Shown: piece after piece, positions 25,744 to 37,314 of the stretch
How positions within the stretch are numbered: position 1 is the first letter of the stretch
Layout of the letters: each line of letters starts with the position of its first letter
Source: Eledone cirrhosa
Taxonomy: Eukaryota
NCBI GenBank assembly: GCA_964016885.1
Contig: OZ024748.1
Span: 26,536,001-26,600,000 of the forward strand
Direction of reading: 5' to 3'
DNA length: 64,000 nucleotides
The notes under the pieces: model-generated
Seen by the model: the letters and a program-made list of their open reading frames with translations, nothing else
What the model was told of the DNA's origin: nothing
Database searches by the model: none
Translations under genes and position numbers: made by a program

Positions 25744-26093
25744 TATAATTGCTATGAAACAACAGCCATTAAATAATGTTGATGCAATATTAAGTTATGC
25801 ACAGTACAGGGCCTAAAGTAAAACTATATGAATGGATCATAGTTTTTCAGTATTCAATGCAAATGCTCTCCTACATATGAAGATACCATTATAAGAATCC
25901 TAAATTCTAACTTTTAGCAAATTAACAATTCATTGTGGCAGCATCCAACAACCTGAATTATTAAGAACATATACTTTCGATATTTTTGTAATAATTTCTA
26001 GCATGTTTATATTATTTTCTACTTCATTACATATACTGGTGATAAATAAAATATAGTTATAAACACTGATTAAATATGCAAATTACATTTCTG

Positions 26094-26223
26094 ACAGTGG
26101 ATTGACAGTATTCAGTAGAGCATTGGACGACATGCTCTTATGCTCTGAGTTCAAACCCCGCTGAGGTTAGCTTTACCTTTCCCCTTCCCTTCAAATTGCT
26201 GGCCTTGGGCTTAAATCAGAAAC
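26094..26223 (+). mobile_element. SINE family A, internally deleted copy
   Basis: CAGTGGATTGACAGTATT...GAGTTCAAACCCCGCTGAGGTTAGCTTT...AAATTGCTGGCCTTG. Confidence 0.75.
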
Positions 26224-26409
26224 CACTGTAGTACACAACAAATCTACATAATTTGCATTTAAAACTTAAAAGTTATGTTGATTTATTGTCAAATTGTTTT
26301 AAAAATGTTGAAGTAATTTATAATAATTGAGGTCTATCATAAATAGTTTGTCATTGAATTTGGATTTCAGAATATGTTTCAAAAAAATGAATTCTAATAA
26401 TTTTAATTA

Positions 26410-26523
26410 CCGTATTTCCTGGCATCGAGGACGCACCCTAATTTTGACAACTCCAGGACGCATGGTAGATTTTTGAGACTTATTTTAGGAAAAAAGTAGC
26501 ATCTTCGACGCCGGGAAATACAA
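26410..26523. mobile_element. Tc1/pogo-like MITE
   Basis: TA|CCGTATTTCCTGGCATCGAGGACGC ... GCATCTTCGACGCCGGGAAATACAA|TA: inverted termini with TA flanks. Confidence 0.7.
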
Positions 26524-26998
26524 TATTTAATTATATAATTTAATGTTTATTATTTTAAAAACATTCACGGTGGAATAATATATAAGTTTTTGGTTTCAAC
26601 TATTTCAAATGATATTTTTTAAATGTCTAATAAAACAATTTAATTATTATTTTTTGGTTTTCTGTGAACAACTGTTTTAAAAATATTTAGTCGCTGCATG
26701 TGTGTGTGGGGGTGGGGGGGCAATGGCTGTGGCCCTTTTCATGACCTCTGATGGTGATGATGATGATGATAATGGTAGTGATGATGATGATGATGATAAT
26801 CGTGGCGGTGGTGGTGGTGATAACGATAACTCCCCAAAACGACCACCCCCAAAACGACTACCACCCCAAAACAACCACCCCCAACACTACCCCCCCCCCC
26901 ACACACACACACAAAAAAAACTACCATCCCCAAATATAACAAGATGTGAAACTGCTTCAATCAGAAATAAAAACCGAGACATTTAGATTTTTCTTAAC

Positions 26999-27047
26999 TA
27001 ATGTCTTTGGAAAATACATGAACATCACAACTTCCTATATCCTCTAT
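26999..27047 (-). CDS. Candidate internal exon of the unidentified minus-strand gene
   Basis: TTTCAG acceptor and GTTAAG donor. It reads IEDIGSCDVHVFSKDI + 1 nt, in phase with the exon at 25274-25310. Confidence 0.25.
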
Positions 27048-27458
27048 CTGAAACCCACAGAGCGTTAGTATTTGGTTGTAAAATACCTGTTTGCTGGCGA
27101 AAACTAGCACAACTATTTATTTAAGTAAAAAAAAAAAAGAGACTTTAGGTGTAAGGGAGATAATTCTTGCAAATCTTTATATTTTGATCAGGCTAACCTT
27201 AGACTAAACAAAAATAATGGAGTTAGCTCCCATAGCTACACAGGTTTTTTAACTTTTTGTTACCATATTTCTAATGAAAGGCAGCTTATAATTTTGAAAA
27301 TAATCAGGAATTTAGAAAGATTTAGTAATATAGTAGTGGTAGTAGTAGCAGCAGTGGTAGTAGTAGTGGTGGTGGTGATGGGTGACAAAAGAACTTTGAT
27401 GAGCTAATTAACTAACAATAAAGCTGAGGCAAAAATCAAATAGTGTGTGTGTTTTATT

Positions 27459-27644
27459 GCGGTGGATTGGCAGTATCGGTAGAGGGTCGGAAGCCATGCT
27501 TTGACGCATAGAGTTATTGCCCTTGCCATTCTGAGTTCAAATCCAGCTGAGGTTAACTTTGCCTTTCATCCTTACGGGGTCGATAAAATAAAGTATCAGT
27601 AATGCACTGGGTAATTGCTGGCCTTGTGCCAAAAGTAGAAACAA
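27459..27644 (+). mobile_element. SINE family A (short form)
   Basis: GCGGTGGATTGGCAGTATCGGTAGAGGGTCGG...GAGTTCAAATCC...GGCCTTGTGCCAAAAGTAGAAACA. Confidence 0.9.
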
Positions 27645-27659
27645 ATATATATATATATA

Positions 27660-27819
27660 ACATAATACAAGGACGAATGGTTACTCCTTCATTATGTTTA
27701 TTGGTTGTTGACACACGTTCGATCTGTATCGATCTAGCCCGACTCTGGAATCAAAAGCTCATTGGACCTCTGATGTAGTGATAATAGAACCTACAGGAAC
27801 TCCATGTTAGACTCCCTGG

Positions 27820-27820
<1 letters not shown>
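27660..27820 (-). mobile_element. Penelope-like terminal-repeat fragment, paralog of 61463-61700, hammerhead core destroyed
   Basis: Shares ATAATACAAGGACGA...GTTCGATCTGTATCGATCT...GACTCTGGAATCAAAAGCTC with 61567-61690. It sits in (TA)n. Confidence 0.55.
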
Positions 27821-27863
<43 letters not shown>

Positions 27864-27937
27864 TAGTCTGCAGTGCTGAAACAACCAAGGAGACCACTAA
27901 TCATGGGAGTACTCAATGCATTGAGAGATGCTGAGTG

Positions 27938-27970
<33 letters not shown>

Positions 27971-28115
27971 TAACAAAATTAAAGATGTCATGTCTGAGAA
28001 TATCGGAAACATGTGCCATACCACCTGTAGAAGCTCAAAGATTCTAAGGAATAAATCTGAGCATTTATTAAAAACTAAATTATATATATATATATAAAAT
28101 GAACATATCAAACTA

Positions 28116-28301
28116 TCTCCTTTGTATATATTCCATTAAAGAAATATATTTCACCATTCATAGATGTTAAGTCCTGGATTTGAAACTATCTATGATCACG
28201 CCCTAAGAATAAATCAAGGAATAAGAATCCAGGACTTAATATCTATGATTCACCTATTGATGGTGAAATATATTTCTTTAATGGAATATATGCAAAGGAG
28301 A
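28116..28301. repeat. Inverted repeat, ~65-bp arms
   Basis: TCTCCTTTGTATATATTCCATTAAAGAAATATATTTCACCAT...AAGTCCTGGATT is mirrored by AATCCAGGACTT...ATGGTGAAATATATTTCTTTAATGGAATATATGCAAAGGAGA. Confidence 0.9.
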
Positions 28302-28849
28302 ATAATCATTATTGCAAGGTATCTATATTCAAAATTCTCGTTAAATTTTAATATGTTACCCCCGTAACTATGTGTGTTTATACTCTTTACAAATTATCCC
28401 CTGTCAATGTTTGATATGTTTATTTTAAATATATATGTCAATCAACCATGTATATATACATATATATATCATCATCATCGTTTAACGTCCAGCTTCCACG
28501 CTACCATGGGTAGGATGGGCTGTCCCTTTGTGAGGGATCAGGTCAGGGGACCTTAGTTTCTATGGCTGGATGCCCTTCCTAACACCAACCACATTTACAG
28601 TGTGTGCTGGGGACTTTTTGCCGTGTCGCCTACATGATCTCTTTACAGCGTGGACTGGGTACTTTTTTGTGAGACCTACATGATCACTATGATGGGCTGG
28701 GCTCTTTTGTCATGGTTGCAGGGGGGATTACTTTATAGAGGAGGTTGGGAACTTGGGAGGGGAAGTTGCTTTGGAAAATTGGGGAGGGAGGTTTATGGGA
28801 GGGGAGATAGTAGGGAATGGTGTTGCCTACTAGATATATGCGTCATCCT

Positions 28850-29698
28850 GAGAATAATAAAGAGCGGGTCTTCAGTAATACTTCATAGCCAGAGTTCACA
28901 GTCCTGTGACATCACCAGAAGTGAGGTGTAATTGAGTAAAGTCAGCTCTTATTACCTCAACCCAACTCTTCCTAGGTCTGCCTACTCCATGGCTATCATC
29001 AACTTTGAGCGCTCTGCACCTTTTTATACAGCTGCATCCTTTATACGCATCACATGTCCATACCAACGCAATCTCCTCTCCTGCACATAACATCTGATCC
29101 CTCTTATGCCTAATTTCTTGTGTAGTTCATTTATGCTTTGCCATTCACACATCCATTGAAGCATGGAGGCTTCATTTCTTTCCAATCTACGCAGGTCCTG
29201 TGCACACAGAGCCCAGGTTTCGCTGCTGTGCAACATAGACTGTATGATGCATGTATAAGAACAACTGCCTTTCATTTTGAGGGAAAAACCTTTTGTAGTT
29301 AGCAGAGGTAGTAGATCCCTGGACTGTCTCCAACCCGATCTCACTCTGGCTACTGTACTTTCAGAACACCCTCCCCCACTGCTGATTTGGTCACCCAGGT
29401 AATAGAAGCTATCTAACACTTCTATAGAGCCCTCTAGGCATTTGAAGATGATTGTATCTTGAGAGCTCTTGCTACTTATTGCTCCTGTGCACCGATTGCA
29501 TGTAAAACCTACATTCTTCGTTAGCCTGCCTGGGATCCCACTACATCTCTTGTGTACCCATAGCTTGCACTTGGAACATAGTATGGAATTCCTACTTACT
29601 CCTTTTCTGCACACTGAGCAAGGCCTGAGATCTGAGCCGTTAACCTTTCCACTTACTAGAACTTTAGTTTTTGCTAAATTGACTTTAAGACCTTTAGA
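28850..29698 (-). mobile_element. RTE-type LINE 3' portion with Cys/His finger, degenerate
   Basis: CRKGVSRNSILCSKCKLWVHKRCSG...CNRC, FYYLGDQISSGGG, MLHSSETW, RRLRWYGHVMR, GRPRKSW; frameshifted. Confidence 0.88.
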
Positions 29699-29717
29699 TT
29701 ATATATATATATATATA

Positions 29718-30002
29718 TCAGAATGGAGGCAGTAAAAACCAGTTAGACCATTACTCACCAGAGTAATCAATACTTGGGGTAGTAGAGTGGGTAATATGAA
29801 AATTTCGCGACCCTGATGGCAGAGCTCCAACCGTTCCAAACAGCTAGGTCCGAACAGTTCTGGCCATTTCAACAACTGGATCCGAACTCAGTTCGGATGT
29901 AGCTGTTGAAACGGCTGGAGATCAGCCGTTGGGGCCCAAATTTTTCATATTACCCACTCTACTCCCCCAAGTATTAACTGGTTTTTACCGCTTCCATTCT
30001 GA
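29718..30002. repeat. 285-bp near-complete foldback element in (TA)n
   Basis: Termini TCAGAATGGAGGCAGTAAAAACCAGTTA / TAACTGGTTTTTACCGCTTCCATTCTGA; inner arms GTAGAGTGGGTAATATGAAAA / TTTTCATATTACCCACTCTAC; centre ATCCGAAC-TCA-GTTCGGAT. Confidence 0.9.
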
Positions 30003-30185
30003 TATATATATATATAAGAAAATGTATAAGATACTAAATAAAAAAAAATTTTTCCAGAGATTTCATTTTATCTTTTCAAATCTCATTTTACCATTCCACT
30101 ACTTTACCACCACTAGAATCTTAAACCATTAAGTGTGGGCATCTTAACCTTGGCTTGTAGTGCCACTTCTGACTAACTTCTGTAG

Positions 30186-30364
30186 AAATAATTGTTTCTA
30201 CATTTTGGCACAAGGCCCGCAATTACCCAGTGCATTACTGGTACTTTATTTTATCGACCCCCGTAAGGATGAAAGGCAAAGTTAACCTCAGCGGGATTTG
30301 AACTCAGAATGGCAAGGGCCGTAACTCTATGCGTCAAAGCATGGCGTCCGACCCTGCCAATAAT
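30186..30364 (-). mobile_element. SINE family A, minus strand
   Basis: Reverse complement of the family A body (ACTGGTACTTTATTTTATCGACCCCCGTAAGGATGAAAGGCAAAG). Confidence 0.9.
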
Positions 30365-30626
30365 AGCAAACTAACAGAACTCAGGTTCACACACTCACAC
30401 AGACAAGTATCACCCATACTGAAATCCCAACATACATACTGAATCTCTCTCTCTCACACATACACATACACAGACAAGTATCACCTGCACTACCAGCACC
30501 GATACCAAAATCCCAACACACATACTGAAACTCTCTCTCTCTTGCTCACACACACACATGCTCATCTATACACCGACATACAGAAATGCTCTCTCTCTCA
30601 CACACTCCTGAATCTTATTACATTAC

Positions 30627-30707
30627 CATTCTTCTGTGGCAAGCTGAAGAGAATGCTTGATGCTGTCCCTAAACATTTTCTGTCAAAATCAGCAGTAGCA
30701 ACTTTCT
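30627..30707 (-). CDS. Candidate internal exon of the unidentified minus-strand gene (frame and acceptor ambiguous)
   Basis: Good donor ATG|GTAATG and two possible acceptors (TTTTAG, TTTGACAG). Open readings are KVATADFDRKCLGTASSILFSLPQKN or KMFRDSIKHSLQLATEE. Confidence 0.2.
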
Positions 30708-31052
30708 CTAAAATGTGTCAAATTTCACCCCCACTCCTCCCTTCTTCAGGCCCTATCACATCAACCCTCTGCCCTCACCCTATACATTTCCACCCTCAGG
30801 CCTCATTCTTCCACTGCTACCACACCAACCCACTACCTACCCTCTTCTTTGCCATCTCTCACAGCTTCATCTCTCACTCCATCTTTATACAGTTCCTCTT
30901 ACCCTCATTTTCACCTCTCCCCTCATCCCTCCCTTCTCTTTCCCACTGCACTGGGTTCCCTCTGAAAAGCTGATGTTACCTACCATATGTATATACATAC
31001 ATACACACATACATACATACATACATATACATACACTCATACCACATATACA

Positions 31053-31084
<32 letters not shown>

Positions 31085-31817
31085 CATATACATACATATG
31101 TGTGTGTGTATAAATAAATCTTTCCTCACATAAAGCTGGCTTTTATTTTAAAACATTTCTCAGAGAATGGCCTTCCAACACCAATACCATCACCACCAAC
31201 ACACCCATCATCATTTCATCCATCATCACCACCATCACCATTAACACCACCACCTTCTCCATAACCCCATCACCAACTCCACCACTATAACAACCACCAT
31301 CACACCACTAACACCACCACCACTACCTTCACCTTCTCCACCACCTACACCATCATCATCCTGCCCTATTTTTTTTCATGTCTTGTTTTTATTAAATTCT
31401 TATTTTTTTTGTTTTTGATTTTTTTTGTTTTTATTTATTTTTCATGTAACTGAAGATTTCTGACTTCTTAAAAATTATATTTATTTATTTATCTACAGGT
31501 TTCAGTCATTAGTCTGTGGTCATACTGGAGCACTGACTGGATTTAATCAATCATATTGACCCAAATGTTAACTCTAGACAATATTTTTTATTAAAGATAA
31601 TAGAAAGGATTTTTTAAATTCATCTACTTTTGCATTAAAAAAAAAGAGGAAAAAAAAGAGGGAAATAAAATAAAAACAATAAAAGATTTAAAGTGAAAGT
31701 AAGGGAAAAGAAGAGAGAGCAACAGCCTGTAGACCAGTCCTGGGTAAACTACAGCCTGCCTGCCACATATGGCCGATTTCTGAATGGTATGCATAAACAC
31801 AAATTTCCCTTATGTAG

Positions 31818-32122
31818 CCTGTTAAACAGCCAGTGACATCCACTACATCAGCCAGCTCACCCACTACATCAACCAGCCCACGATATCCACTACATCAGCC
31901 AGCCCACCCTCTGTTAAACAGCCAGTGATATCCACTACATCAGCCAGCCCACCCTCTGTTAAACAGCCAGTGATATCCACTACATCAACCAGCCCACCCC
32001 TCTGTTAAACAGCCAGTGATATCCACTACATCAGCCAGCCCACCCTCTGTTAAACAGCCAGTGATATCCACTACATCAACCAGCCCACGATATCCACTAC
32101 ATCAGCCAGCCCACCCTCTGTT
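31818..32122 (+). repeat. Minisatellite, ~45-bp unit CTGTTAAACAGCCAGTGATATCCACTACATCAGCCAGCCCACCCT with partial units
   Basis: About 5-6 copies read directly. Confidence 0.92.
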
Positions 32123-32159
32123 AAACAGCCAGTGATATCCACTGCATCAAACAGCCAGT

Positions 32160-32530
32160 GATACTTCCGAGGGTCACAAAAATTACAGTCACCCTGACCG
32201 CTAGGGCAAGCACCCTCTTCCAGTTTTCCTCCTACCATACTACAGGCACACGCTCAGAGCAGGCCCATTCACACAGGCTATTCTTGCCTCTCTCACCCAC
32301 CTTTCAGCAAACTGGCTGATTTTCCTTTTCAGGTGAAACCTGAAAAAGTTAATGAGAGCGTCACCAGAGAGGAAAGTGTCCGTCTTCAACCCTTTCAGAC
32401 ATGTCACCATACAATCTCTTTCACCATGGCCACCAGGCAGATAAAAACTGCCTGCCACATGCATTTATACTGCCTATACAGGCTACGTGCATTTATACTG
32501 CCTATCCTGAGAGAAGCCATGTTGGCTAAG
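32160..32530 (-). mobile_element. L1/Tx1-like LINE ORF2 C-terminal remnant
   Basis: LSGDALINFFRFHLKRK...FAERWVREAR resembles the ORF2 end of L1/Tx1-type elements; the downstream minisatellite may be its 3' UTR. Confidence 0.45.
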
Positions 32531-33244
32531 ATAGGAGGAAAACAAATGAGAGGGGAGTAGTAAAAACTTTACCTTTGGCTTTTTTTAGGAAGCGGGTGGG
32601 TGATCCATCCCTCCAATTTCCTGGATTTCTCCACGGGAATGTCAGAATATATTCTTTTAGTGAGGTTCCCTCGATAGTCTCCAATTGCCGCGGGGAACTT
32701 TTTCTTTAATGTTGTGTAATTCTTTTGAGAGATTTCAATTATTTTTATGTGTGTGGGAGGTGCAATTTTGGTGGTTTGTATGTAATTTAAAAGCTTTGTG
32801 TTGTCCTGTGTCTATAGCTGTGTATTGTGTCTGCTTTGGGGATATTGGTGCGTTCTGTGTTTACTGTGGTGTTGCTGGAGGTGACAATGGGGTAGATGAT
32901 AATGATGGTGGTGGTAGTGGTGGTGTAGGTGGTTGTGGGGTGTGGCTGTTGATGTTGATGGCAGTGGGTTCGTTGACTTTTTCAAATTTTTTGTTTTTTT
33001 CCTCCTCTTTCTTTTTCGAGGACGCAGGTAGGGCATTCTTTCTTTTTTTTTCGCTGCGATGGTCTTCCACCCTTCAGTGTCATCACACTTCCTGTCCAAT
33101 TTAGCAATATCGGAAAGGGGCATGCTCTCCATTGGTCTTGTTGGTGTTGGTGGTGGTAGAGATGCTGTTGCTGGAGCTGGTAGTTTTTCTACCACTACGG
33201 CCAAGGGTGGTTTGGCCACTCCAGTCGCGGGGCACGGCCTAGGG

Positions 33245-33440
33245 AAGAGCGCTTTCAAATGGAAAGCTATTACTAAGTCCAAGCCATACACAAGGGGAAA
33301 TCCATCTTGTGGACTGTGTATTGAAGAAAGGATTAATAAACTACACCCTAATTCTAGTCTCGAAATTCCTGTTCGATCGACCATCCTCTTCAGAAGCACT
33401 AAACTGCAACCATCTTTCCAAGGACACATTGAATTCTAAC
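33245..33440 (+). mobile_element. Penelope-like element GIY-YIG C-terminal remnant
   Basis: FKWKAITKSKPYTRGNPSCGLCIEER matches the W.I..KA.PY..G...C.LC.EEK motif at the end of Penelope ORFs. Confidence 0.7.
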
Positions 33441-34551
33441 AACATTATCAGCCCCACCACAACCATGTCAAATACAATATATATATATATATATACATAT
33501 ATATCATCATCATCATCATTTTACATCCATTTTTCCATGCTAGCATGGGTTAGACAAGCTGTCCTGTTGTGGGCAATGTTAGGTCAGGTGACCATGTCTT
33601 GCTCAAACAGAACCGCTTTTAACTTGGTTTCTACAGCTGGATGCACTTCCTTACGCCAACCCCATTTACAGTGAGTATTGGGCGCTATTTGTCGTGATAC
33701 CTCCACAACCACTTTACAGTGTGGACAGGGTGCTTTTTATCTTGTCACCATCATATATGTATATCTATCTACTCTTCTTTTTACTACCGATACCTAAGTC
33801 ATTCTTCCTTCAGTTCCACAGTTTTCTCCTCCCTCTTTAACCTATCCTCTACACTCACACATGTCCCCCCTCATCTCCGCACACATACCGTGCCACCTGC
33901 TGCACCACATATATACCAATCCAATATACCATGGTATACTCCAATATATAGTTTAAATGTCTACACTGACATTGCCAAACACTTCTTAGATTCAATCTCT
34001 TAACATTTTCCCATTAATCATAGGCACCATAAACTTTTTAACAGAAATATGATTAAGTTTAGTTATACATGTAAAATTCTTATAACAACAATAACAATGT
34101 CCTCTTTCCACCCCATACCAATAACTAAATTACATCAAACAATTGCCCCACCTCCTTTGTGGTGGTAATAAAGAAGTACAATAGAAAAACATAGTACAAA
34201 AGAGTGACAGAGAAGAAGTACATCTGTGTGCCAGAAGAGGGAGTATGTTTGTTAGTGACTTCATGTTAATCAGTTTAGACTTTGTTTTCTCTGGATTCAT
34301 ATGTGAGTAGCAGCAACACCACATCCCAGTGGTGGGAGCAGTACTCTATCATTATGGGGTCTCATCAGTCAGAAGATAAAAAAAAAAAGACAGAGGGTGT
34401 TTCAAAGAGAGGAGAAGAAGGAAGATGGATAAGAGTAAAAGACAAACAGGGGGTGGGGGTGTTGATGTTAGTCAACCACATATATATATATATATCTATA
34501 TATATAGTAACGAAACATAAGTCAATTGCATGAACTCATAATCCTTTATTT

Positions 34552-34607
34552 ACTGCTATATATATTTCGATGATAGCCATTGAATGGCTATGACCTCATC
34601 AGGCAGT
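34552..34607 (-). ncRNA. Type I hammerhead ribozyme with intact core
   Basis: Minus strand: ACUGC-CUGAUGA-GGUCAUAGCCAU(UCA)AUGGCUAUCAUC-GAAA-UAUAUA-UA^GCAGU. Stem I is 5 bp, stem II pairs at 11 of 12 positions, and stem III is short and palindromic. AATAAA follows immediately. Confidence 0.8.
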
Positions 34608-34790
34608 TAGTCAGTTCTTAGATATGCCAGCTCTGTGTTTTTGGTGTTGATGGTTTCAGAGCCTTGGGACATATGTATATAGTAATAATAATAAATTTGA
34701 AGGCTAAAATCCAAAGAGGGCTCGATAAGGATAAATATATATCAGATATATAAGAACCGTAGAGCAAATATTTATTAAAATAACAGATTA

Positions 34791-34816
<26 letters not shown>

Positions 34817-34821
<5 letters not shown>

Positions 34822-34980
34822 GGGTATGACATTAAACTACATCCAGTGGCAAGGCTCCAGTTCGGGAGTTCAGGAGCTGTGGGGAATGTGGAGTTACCCT
34901 TTAGTTGTCTTAACTCCCAGGTCTGCTCTGGCCCAGAGTAGTAGTACCTGTTAGGGCCCCATTTATGGGTTAAATAACTA
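34817..34980 (+). mobile_element. Short interspersed repeat fragment (third family) in (TA)n
   Basis: GTCCTGGGTATGACATTAAAC...GGCTCCAG...CTCCCAGGTCTGCTCTGGCCC...TAGGGCCCCATTTATGGGT resembles a repeat I recall from coleoid genomes; single copy here. Confidence 0.4.
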
Positions 34981-35257
34981 CCTTATTTGAGTGGCGCTGG
35001 TAAGGTATTGTCAGCCATTGAAAAGAAAATATATATATATATATATATACCACTCCCTTCCCTCCAAACTGCTATATTATCGCTTGTTGAATGTGGATCT
35101 ATCATTAACAACAACAGCTAGTACTAAAACATGAGAGGTCAGTTGTTCTTAGTACAGCCTTCTACCCCTCAACCCCACCGTACCCCCCAACTGTGCTCCA
35201 TTCTATCACCACTGTTCTGGTGGCTGAACTAGAATCTAAAAGAATACATTAGATAAT

Positions 35258-35474
35258 TGTTTCTTATATAGGCACAAGGCCAGCAATGTTGGGGGAGGGG
35301 AAGTCGATTAAATCGACCCCAGTGCGTGACTGGTACTTTATTTTATCGACCCCTTAAGGATGAAAGGCAAAGTTAACCTCGGCGGGATTTGAACTCAGAA
35401 TGGCAAGGGCCGTAACTCTATGCTGCAAAGCATGGCGTCCGGCCCTCTACCGATACTGCCAATCCACTGCCCTT
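35258..35474 (-). mobile_element. SINE family A, full length with 16-bp target-site duplication
   Basis: Perfect direct repeat GAATACATTAGATAAT at 35242-35257 and 35475-35490. Confidence 0.95.
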
Positions 35475-36399
35475 GAATACATTAGATAATGGAACTTAAT
35501 TCTAGATAGTGACCCAAAGACAAACTGGTCAAAATAGTTCAGGATGTCTTTGATCATAGATCTAGCGTATCTTCCTCTCATCGATCAGTGCATTATCAGT
35601 AGAATTTGGTGGAAGGAAACTGCAGAAACGTGTCAATATATATTACAGGTAGAAGCTTAACCGTAGTGCAAAGAACCCTTATAATAATCGTATCTACATT
35701 TGGCAGAAGTCCAGCAATTTGAAGATAAGTTGTTGGTACTTTATTTCATCGACCCCGTTAACTTTGGGACGAAATCAGATACATAATTGAGATATCTAAC
35801 ATGAAGATCAATAAATTTAGGCATGAAAATAGAAACAAGATTTATTAAACGTGGTATTTCAACGGTTCCTCGCCATTTGATATAGTACTGTTCGTATGAT
35901 ATAGTATTATAACTGTCACTACCACCACTACCAAGACAATCACCACCACCACCACCACCATTACCAACATCACTCTAATCATCATTATCACCATCACCAC
36001 CACCAATGATACGACCATTACCACTATCACCACCACCTACATCATCATTCCACCACCACCACCACCACCACTAACACCTCCATGGTTACGGCCATCACCA
36101 TCACCCTCACCACTAACATCAGCCCTCCCACTACTGACACATCCGCCCACATATCTCTACCCCCTTTCTCTCTTTTCTTATCCCATTCTCACTCCCACCC
36201 CCTCTATTTTTCACCATATTACTGTTATACAAACAAGTACCGCCCACATTATTTTCCTTCCTCTCTCTCTCTCTCTTAATATCTTTCTTATTAGTCCATT
36301 CATGAATTTTACGCCCTCACTCACCAACTCACTTATTCTTTTGCATGGTTTCTTTCACATTCTCACTTTCTCAATCTACCGTTATCCCCCCCCCCCCAC

Positions 36400-36730
36400 T
36401 CGCTCACTTACCTCCCTTAACTCTCACTCAATCTTCCCTTATCTCCCCCCCCTACTCACCTCCCTTAACTCTCACTCAATCTACCCTTATCTCCCCCCTC
36501 CCTCACTCACTCACCTCCCTTAACTCTCACTCAATCTACCCCCCTACCCCACCCCACCACTCACTCACTTACCTCCCTTAACTCTCACTCAATCTACCCT
36601 TATCTCCCCCCTCCCCACCACCCTTAACTCTCACTCAATCTACCCTTATCTCCCCACCCCCACCTCACCCCACCACTCACTCACTCACTCACTTACCTCC
36701 CTTAACTCTCACTCAATCTTCCCTTCACTC
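36400..36730 (+). repeat. Pyrimidine-rich minisatellite, core ACCTCCCTTAACTCTCACTCAATCT, ~6 copies
   Basis: Read directly. Confidence 0.9.
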
Positions 36731-36996
36731 ACTTCTTTCACTCTGCAACAACGGATGTATGGGAAAAAATCTAGGACCACGTGTTTCAATCACATTTCAG
36801 AGCATGTCACTTCATCTTCCCTCACCCATACGGACCTCAACAACAAAAAACACCCCCCCCCCTCCCAAACAAAGCTGGCCATCATTCAATACCAACAATG
36901 TACCCACATATATACACACCCACTCCCCACACTACCTTACCATTACCAACTACAACCACTACCACTCTTCCGATTTGTTTCCTCATATTATTATCA

Positions 36997-37177
36997 TGGA
37001 TCAGTAGAGTGTTTGACAACACCCTTGGGAGCATAGTTATGTCCCTTTACGTTCTGAGTTCAAATCCCGCCAAGGTTAACTTTGCCTTTCATCCTTACGA
37101 GGTCGATAAAATAAAGTACCAGTAACTCACTGGGTCGCTTTAATCGACTTTCCCCTCATCCAAAATTGTTGACCTTG
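36997..37177 (+). mobile_element. SINE family A
   Basis: GAGTTCAAATCCCGCCAAGGTTAACTTTGCCTTTCATCCTTACGAGGTCGATAAAATAAAGTACCAGT. Confidence 0.88.
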
Positions 37178-37255
37178 TGCCAAACGTAAAAATAATTTTT
37201 TTTTTTTTTTTTAATGAAATTTTACAAGGGTACATTTTCGAATGTCTATTGTTAC

Positions 37256-37314
37256 CATTATGTTGAAAGATTTGTTTCTCGCAGTTCACAGTTGACGAAA
37301 TAACAATATTGCTC
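37256..37314 (-). other. Candidate 5' exon ending in ATG (unidentified minus-strand gene)
   Basis: CTTTGTCTGTTTTACAG|GAGCAAT...CAACATAATG|GTAACA: clean acceptor and donor in non-repetitive sequence. Confidence 0.3.

Noticed and set aside
25270-25762. Cys-rich ORFs (metallothionein-like)
   Set aside because: They are translations of the AAC minisatellite in all three minus frames.
29808-29850. Possible hammerhead GACC-CUGAUGG...AAACAGCUA-GGUC in the foldback
   Set aside because: The sibling arm and the copy at 63850 lack CUGANGA and GAAA, so the resemblance is likely chance.
30149-30179. Candidate minus-strand exon (EVSQKWHYKP)
   Set aside because: The acceptor is formed at a SINE tail, and the phase does not join the next candidate exon without a stop.
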